Assembly: GCA_034440595.1 (NCBI GenBank) | Contig: JAWXCH010000361.1 | Coordinates: 1 to 52,301 of the forward strand | DNA: 52,301 nt | DNA from: Planctomycetota bacterium | Lineage (GTDB): Bacteria > Planctomycetota > Planctomycetia > Pirellulales > JALHPA01 | Reading direction: 5' to 3' | Shown here: positions 48,784-52,301 of the stretch, one piece after another | How positions within the stretch are numbered: position 1 is the first letter of the stretch | How the letters are laid out: the number at the start of each line of letters is the position of its first letter | Position numbers and translations under genes: made by a program | Notes under the pieces: model-generated | What the model was told of the DNA's origin: nothing | Seen by the model: the letters and a program-made list of their open reading frames with translations, nothing else | Database searches by the model: none

Positions 48784-48856
48784 GTGCAACTGGCTCCGCC
48801 AGTGCTATGAAGATGTCTTACTTTCAAGCGATTCACACTGGCACAGCCAGTGGCAC
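48784..48856. repeat. REPIN-like inverted pair of family A
   Basis: GTGCAACTGGCTCCGCCAGTG at 48784-48804; CACTGGCACAGCCAGTGGCAC at 48836-48856. Confidence 0.85.
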
Positions 48857-48880
48857 ACAAACCCTCAAATTAGAGCAACC

Positions 48881-49393
48881 ATGTTTCGGATCGAATTGAC
48901 TAACGAGCAATCGCTTTTGACCGTCGACGAAGCGCAGTTGCGCGCCGCAGTCGAGGCGATTCTCGCTGGCGAAGGGATCCCTGCTGCGACGATTTCTATT
49001 GCCGTGGTCGATGACGCCACAATTCACCGCATCAATCGAGAATTCCTGCAGCACGACTATCCGACCGATGTGATCAGCTTTGTGCTTGACCATACGCCGG
49101 ATCTGCTCGAAGGCGAAATTGTCGTCAGTGCCCAGACTGCGATCCAACAGGCCGAACAATACGGCTGGCCTGCCAGCAATGAATTGCTGCTATACGTTAT
49201 TCACGGAGCGCTTCATTTGGTCGGATACGATGATCTTTCGCCACTTGATCTCCGCGAGATGCGCAGTCGGGAGCAGCACTACCTGGCGCTGTGGGGTTTA
49301 GAGGCCAAATATGCCGATGAAACATTCCCAGCCAGCGCCGACAATTCAGCGACGCTGCCCGAGCCGATACTGCAGGGAGGCCGGCGATCGTGA
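48881..49393 (+). CDS. ybeY: rRNA maturation endoribonuclease YbeY
   Basis: INREFL.HDYPTDVISF, GEIVVS and HGALHLVGYDD motifs. Confidence 0.95.
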   Translation: MFRIELTNEQSLLTVDEAQLRAAVEAILAGEGIPAATISIAVVDDATIHRINREFLQHDYPTDVISFVLDHTPDLLEGEIVVSAQTAIQQAEQYGWPASNELLLYVIHGALHLVGYDDLSPLDLREMRSREQHYLALWGLEAKYADETFPASADNSATLPEPILQGGRRS

Positions 49394-50718
49394 GTATTCT
49401 GCTAGTGGGCCTACTAACTGTATTGGCCGTGGTGCTGGCGGCATTTGCGTCGGCAGCGGTCAAATCGCTGCAAGAGTACTCGCACAACAAGCTCGAGGAA
49501 ATCTGCCGCCAGCGCAATCAGGCCGCGCTTTTCGACCAGATCCTGCGCCGACACGATGCGGTGAAACTCTCGGCCGAAAGCATACGGGTTCTCTTCACCG
49601 CCTCGTCGGTGGCGTTGCTTATGAATTGGCTTGAGGCCGCCTGGAGCTGGGACCAACTCCCTTTCCCTCAAGGCCTGCTGCTCGACATGCTCTGGCTGGC
49701 CGGTTTCATCCTGCTGCTGTGGCTGGCCTTGATTTGGGTTCCCAACGCCGTAGTCAAGGTCTATGCCGAACGTGTTCTGCTTTGGTCCTGGCCAACGCTA
49801 AATATCCTTTCGCGTCTGACCATCCCTAGCGCCTGGGGAGCAAAGACCACCGAGCGGATGCTCCGCTGGTTCTTTGGATGGACCGAGAATGGCAACAGCG
49901 CCGAGGAAGTGCTGGAAGACGAGCTACTGTCGATCGTCAGCGAAGGGCACCGCGATGGACTGATTGAAGAGGATGCTCGCGAAATGATCGAAAGCGTCAT
50001 GGAGTTATCCGAAGTACCGGTGGCTCAGATCATGACCCCACGAATTTACATGGTCTCCATGTCCGTCGATCTGCCGTGGGAAGAGGCGGTCCAATTCGCC
50101 GTCGAAGTCGGGCACTCGCGCATTCCCGTGTACGGCAAATCGCGCGACGACATCGTGGGCATTCTGCATGCCAAGGATCTGCTGGCTGAACTAGCCCGAA
50201 AAGATAGCCTGCCGCGCTCGATCAGCGAGATCTTGCGCAAGGCGTTCTTTGTTCCCGAATCCAAAAAAGTTAGCGAATTGCTCCCTGAGTTCCAACTCAG
50301 CCGCAACCATATGGCGATTGTGCTGGACGAATTTGGCGGTGTGTCGGGGGTGGTCACCATCGAAGACGCCATTGAGGAAATCGTTGGCGAAATCGCCGAC
50401 GAATACGACGAGGCCCTGGTCGACGGTATCAAATGCTACAGTGATACCTCTTGCGAAGCGCTGGCGCGAGTGCGGATTGAAGAAATCAATCAGCGTCTGG
50501 GGCTGTCACTGCCGGATGACAATGAGTTCGACACCATTGGCGGTTTTGTGTTCCACAGTCTGGGTCGCATTCCCAAAGTGGGCGAAGAGCTGGTGCGCGA
50601 CGACGTTCGCATTCGCGTATTGGATGCCTCGCGTAGCCGAATTGACCGCGTCGCTATCGAGGTCCTGCGACCAAGCAACCAGCCCAGCGGCTCGGTAGAG
50701 GTCGGCAATAGCGAGTGA
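49390..50718 (+). CDS. Hemolysin-family / CorC-HlyC (CNNM + CBS + CorC) protein
   Basis: N-terminal TMs; IMTPR, HSRIPVY, AIVLDEFGGVSGVVTIEDAIEEIVGEI and DTIGG motifs. Confidence 0.93.
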   Translation: MSILLVGLLTVLAVVLAAFASAAVKSLQEYSHNKLEEICRQRNQAALFDQILRRHDAVKLSAESIRVLFTASSVALLMNWLEAAWSWDQLPFPQGLLLDMLWLAGFILLLWLALIWVPNAVVKVYAERVLLWSWPTLNILSRLTIPSAWGAKTTERMLRWFFGWTENGNSAEEVLEDELLSIVSEGHRDGLIEEDAREMIESVMELSEVPVAQIMTPRIYMVSMSVDLPWEEAVQFAVEVGHSRIPVYGKSRDDIVGILHAKDLLAELARKDSLPRSISEILRKAFFVPESKKVSELLPEFQLSRNHMAIVLDEFGGVSGVVTIEDAIEEIVGEIADEYDEALVDGIKCYSDTSCEALARVRIEEINQRLGLSLPDDNEFDTIGGFVFHSLGRIPKVGEELVRDDVRIRVLDASRSRIDRVAIEVLRPSNQPSGSVEVGNSE

Positions 50719-50823
50719 TTGCAAACGCTGGTGCCAGCTAAACGGTGCTCTAGGTCGAACTGAGCCTGTGTTTATTGAGAAGGCGGTCCGCGTTCCTTGC
50801 TCTCGCCGGATTCCTCTCCTTCC

Positions 50824-51117
50824 TTAAGTAGGGTCGGCGGACGTGAGTATCCCGATTTTCCGAAGCCAATCTTCTCGTGATTTGGGGCAACGGGCTAAAT
50901 CCAGAATAAAAGCCGCGTTGACTCTCAGGTCATTCTTAATATGTGGAACCAGGATATCCTTCTTGGAAGAACGACGTAGACCGGTAATGGCGACGATCTC
51001 ATCGTTATGATAGATAGCAAACATTGGGTGGACATCGTTTTTCTCGGTTACATCAACGGCGCACAGCTTCTTCAAAGCTTTTGTCGCGACCTCTTGTGTT
51101 AAGGGATTGCCACCCAT
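50824..51117 (-). CDS. Putative HicA-like toxin
   Basis: 97-aa basic protein with helix-beta(H)-beta pattern (KALKKL..DVHPMFAIY..VAITGL) and CPKSREDW; starts 1 nt after the partner's stop. Confidence 0.55.
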   Translation of the reverse strand: MGGNPLTQEVATKALKKLCAVDVTEKNDVHPMFAIYHNDEIVAITGLRRSSKKDILVPHIKNDLRVNAAFILDLARCPKSREDWLRKIGILTSADPT

Positions 51118-51118
51118 C

Positions 51119-51466
51119 CTAGATTTTCGCAATATGCTTTCGGAGAGTTGCTAATTGCTGCCGCGGGCGAGTTCCCAGTTCTTGCTCCCGGTTCACAAAC
51201 AGACGGTAGCTAGACGCCAGCATCTCCTTCAACATTTCGACTGCTTCAATTTGGCTATCACCGCTCGCATTGATATTCGCGTCGAAGAATGTTGCCACAA
51301 ACGCGCCTTCATCTTCCTGAACGACCGCCAGGATCTCCTTAATAACAACCAGTTGGTCGTCATTGAGACTCTGAATGGGAATGGTGATTGGCCCATTCGC
51401 GATTTGATGTTGAATCGCCACAATCGTGGATTCAAGTGCAGCGATTTTTTCGTTCGTTGTTTCCAT
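51119..51466 (-). CDS. Putative HicB-like antitoxin
   Basis: EDEGAFVATFFDANINASGDSQIEAVEMLKEML resembles the HicB partial RNase H fold. Confidence 0.65.
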   Translation of the reverse strand: METTNEKIAALESTIVAIQHQIANGPITIPIQSLNDDQLVVIKEILAVVQEDEGAFVATFFDANINASGDSQIEAVEMLKEMLASSYRLFVNREQELGTRPRQQLATLRKHIAKI

Positions 51467-51759
51467 GGTCTTCCAAGTACAAAAAGTCCGCACATTTGAC
51501 GTTCCGCCAAAACAGCGTTTGCCCTAATTTCAGGATAGGTTAGCGATGGCCTAGAATCAATTGCAATGCGTGTGTTGACTGATTTCTGGAGCGAATTTCT
51601 GTCCGGCCTGACTGTGGACCATTTTGGACTAGAGATGCAAGAACCAGCATGCCGCTAGCACTTGCTTCGCTATAATACGGCAGCGAAAATACTTCCGCCA
51701 ATAAGCTGGCCTAGCCCCGGCCGCAGTCGGATCGTTTTACTTTGTTCCGCTTTGCCAGT

Positions 51760-52301
51760 ATGACCCCCGAAAAAGCCACCGCTATCGTTCTCAAAGTCAT
51801 CGAATTCAGCGAGACCAGTGCTATCGTCACCCTCTTCTCGCGGGAATTTGGCAAACTGAGCGGAATGGCGAAGGGCGCTCGCCGGCCAAAGGGACCTTTT
51901 GAGTCTGCCCTTGACCTGTTAGGGGAGTGTCGAATACTCTTCCTCCGCAAATCAACCGGAGCGCTCGACCTCCTGACCGAGGCCAGGCTGGAAAAGCGAT
52001 TCCGACCCCGCGGTCGTAATTTAGCTAGTCTTTACGCGGGCTATTACATTGCCGAACTACTTATCGAGCTGACGGACGATTACGATCCGCATCCTGACCT
52101 GTACGATGCGGCGGTTTCTGCCTTGGCAGAACTGGCCAGCGATCGTTCGGTCAGTGCGACCGTATTGCGGTTTGAATTGGCGGCGCTGCGATTACTTGGA
52201 CATTTGCCATCGTTCGATGCCTGTGCCGAGTGTGGCAAGACGTTGCCGCTGGCCAATCGCGTCACGTTTGGTCTGTTGGCCGGAGGAGTACTGTGTGCGG
52301 A
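51760..52301 (+). CDS. recO: DNA repair protein RecO (partial, runs off the window end)
   Basis: Translated by hand: MTPEKATAIVLKVIEFSETSAIVTLFSREFGKLSGMAKGARRPKGPFESALDL...CAECG..LC; absent from the ORF track because it has no stop in the window. Confidence 0.93.
   Translation, partial: MTPEKATAIVLKVIEFSETSAIVTLFSREFGKLSGMAKGARRPKGPFESALDLLGECRILFLRKSTGALDLLTEARLEKRFRPRGRNLASLYAGYYIAELLIELTDDYDPHPDLYDAAVSALAELASDRSVSATVLRFELAALRLLGHLPSFDACAECGKTLPLANRVTFGLLAGGVLCA

Noticed and set aside
48764-48880. N-terminal extension of ybeY
   Set aside because: Translates a REP pair; YbeY similarity starts at ATG 48881

Overview
Bacterial chromosomal window, almost certainly from a planctomycete (Pirellulales-like). 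Support: planctomycete-type REP palindromes, an R-F/M-S-L-R-T-L-L N-terminal motif, a CehA/McbA hydrolase, an spd-type EF-G and a PEP-CTERM protein. No rRNA, tRNA or CRISPR array was seen. Left (1-12.6 kb): housekeeping and metabolic genes (PLP aminotransferase, LptF/G, acyl-CoA synthetase, beta-carbonic anhydrase with a small upstream ORF, phosphohexomutase, metallohydrolase, M50-HlyD fusion). Centre (12.6-30.2 kb): a partial, atypical type VI secretion locus. It holds a 1104-aa TssB/TssC-like sheath + acidic DPELAALL-repeat linker + TssA fusion, a pentameric ligand-gated ion channel directly upstream of vgrG-FHA/DUF6931-PAAR-secreted ORF, tssK-tssL, a short TssM-like protein with no periplasmic part, and a second FHA protein. 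At 36-40.3 kb is an accessory patch with a frameshifted ORF, a PEP-CTERM gene, an mrr gene split in frame by a 154-bp MITE (14-bp TIR, 8-bp TSD) and a UDG-fold-like ORF. Right: the conserved purA-uppS-cdsA-phoH-HD-ybeY-corC-recO run, interrupted by a HicB/HicA-like pair. Intergenic regions carry mosaics of several REP-like palindrome families. All family calls come from motif recognition by eye; no database searches were run.
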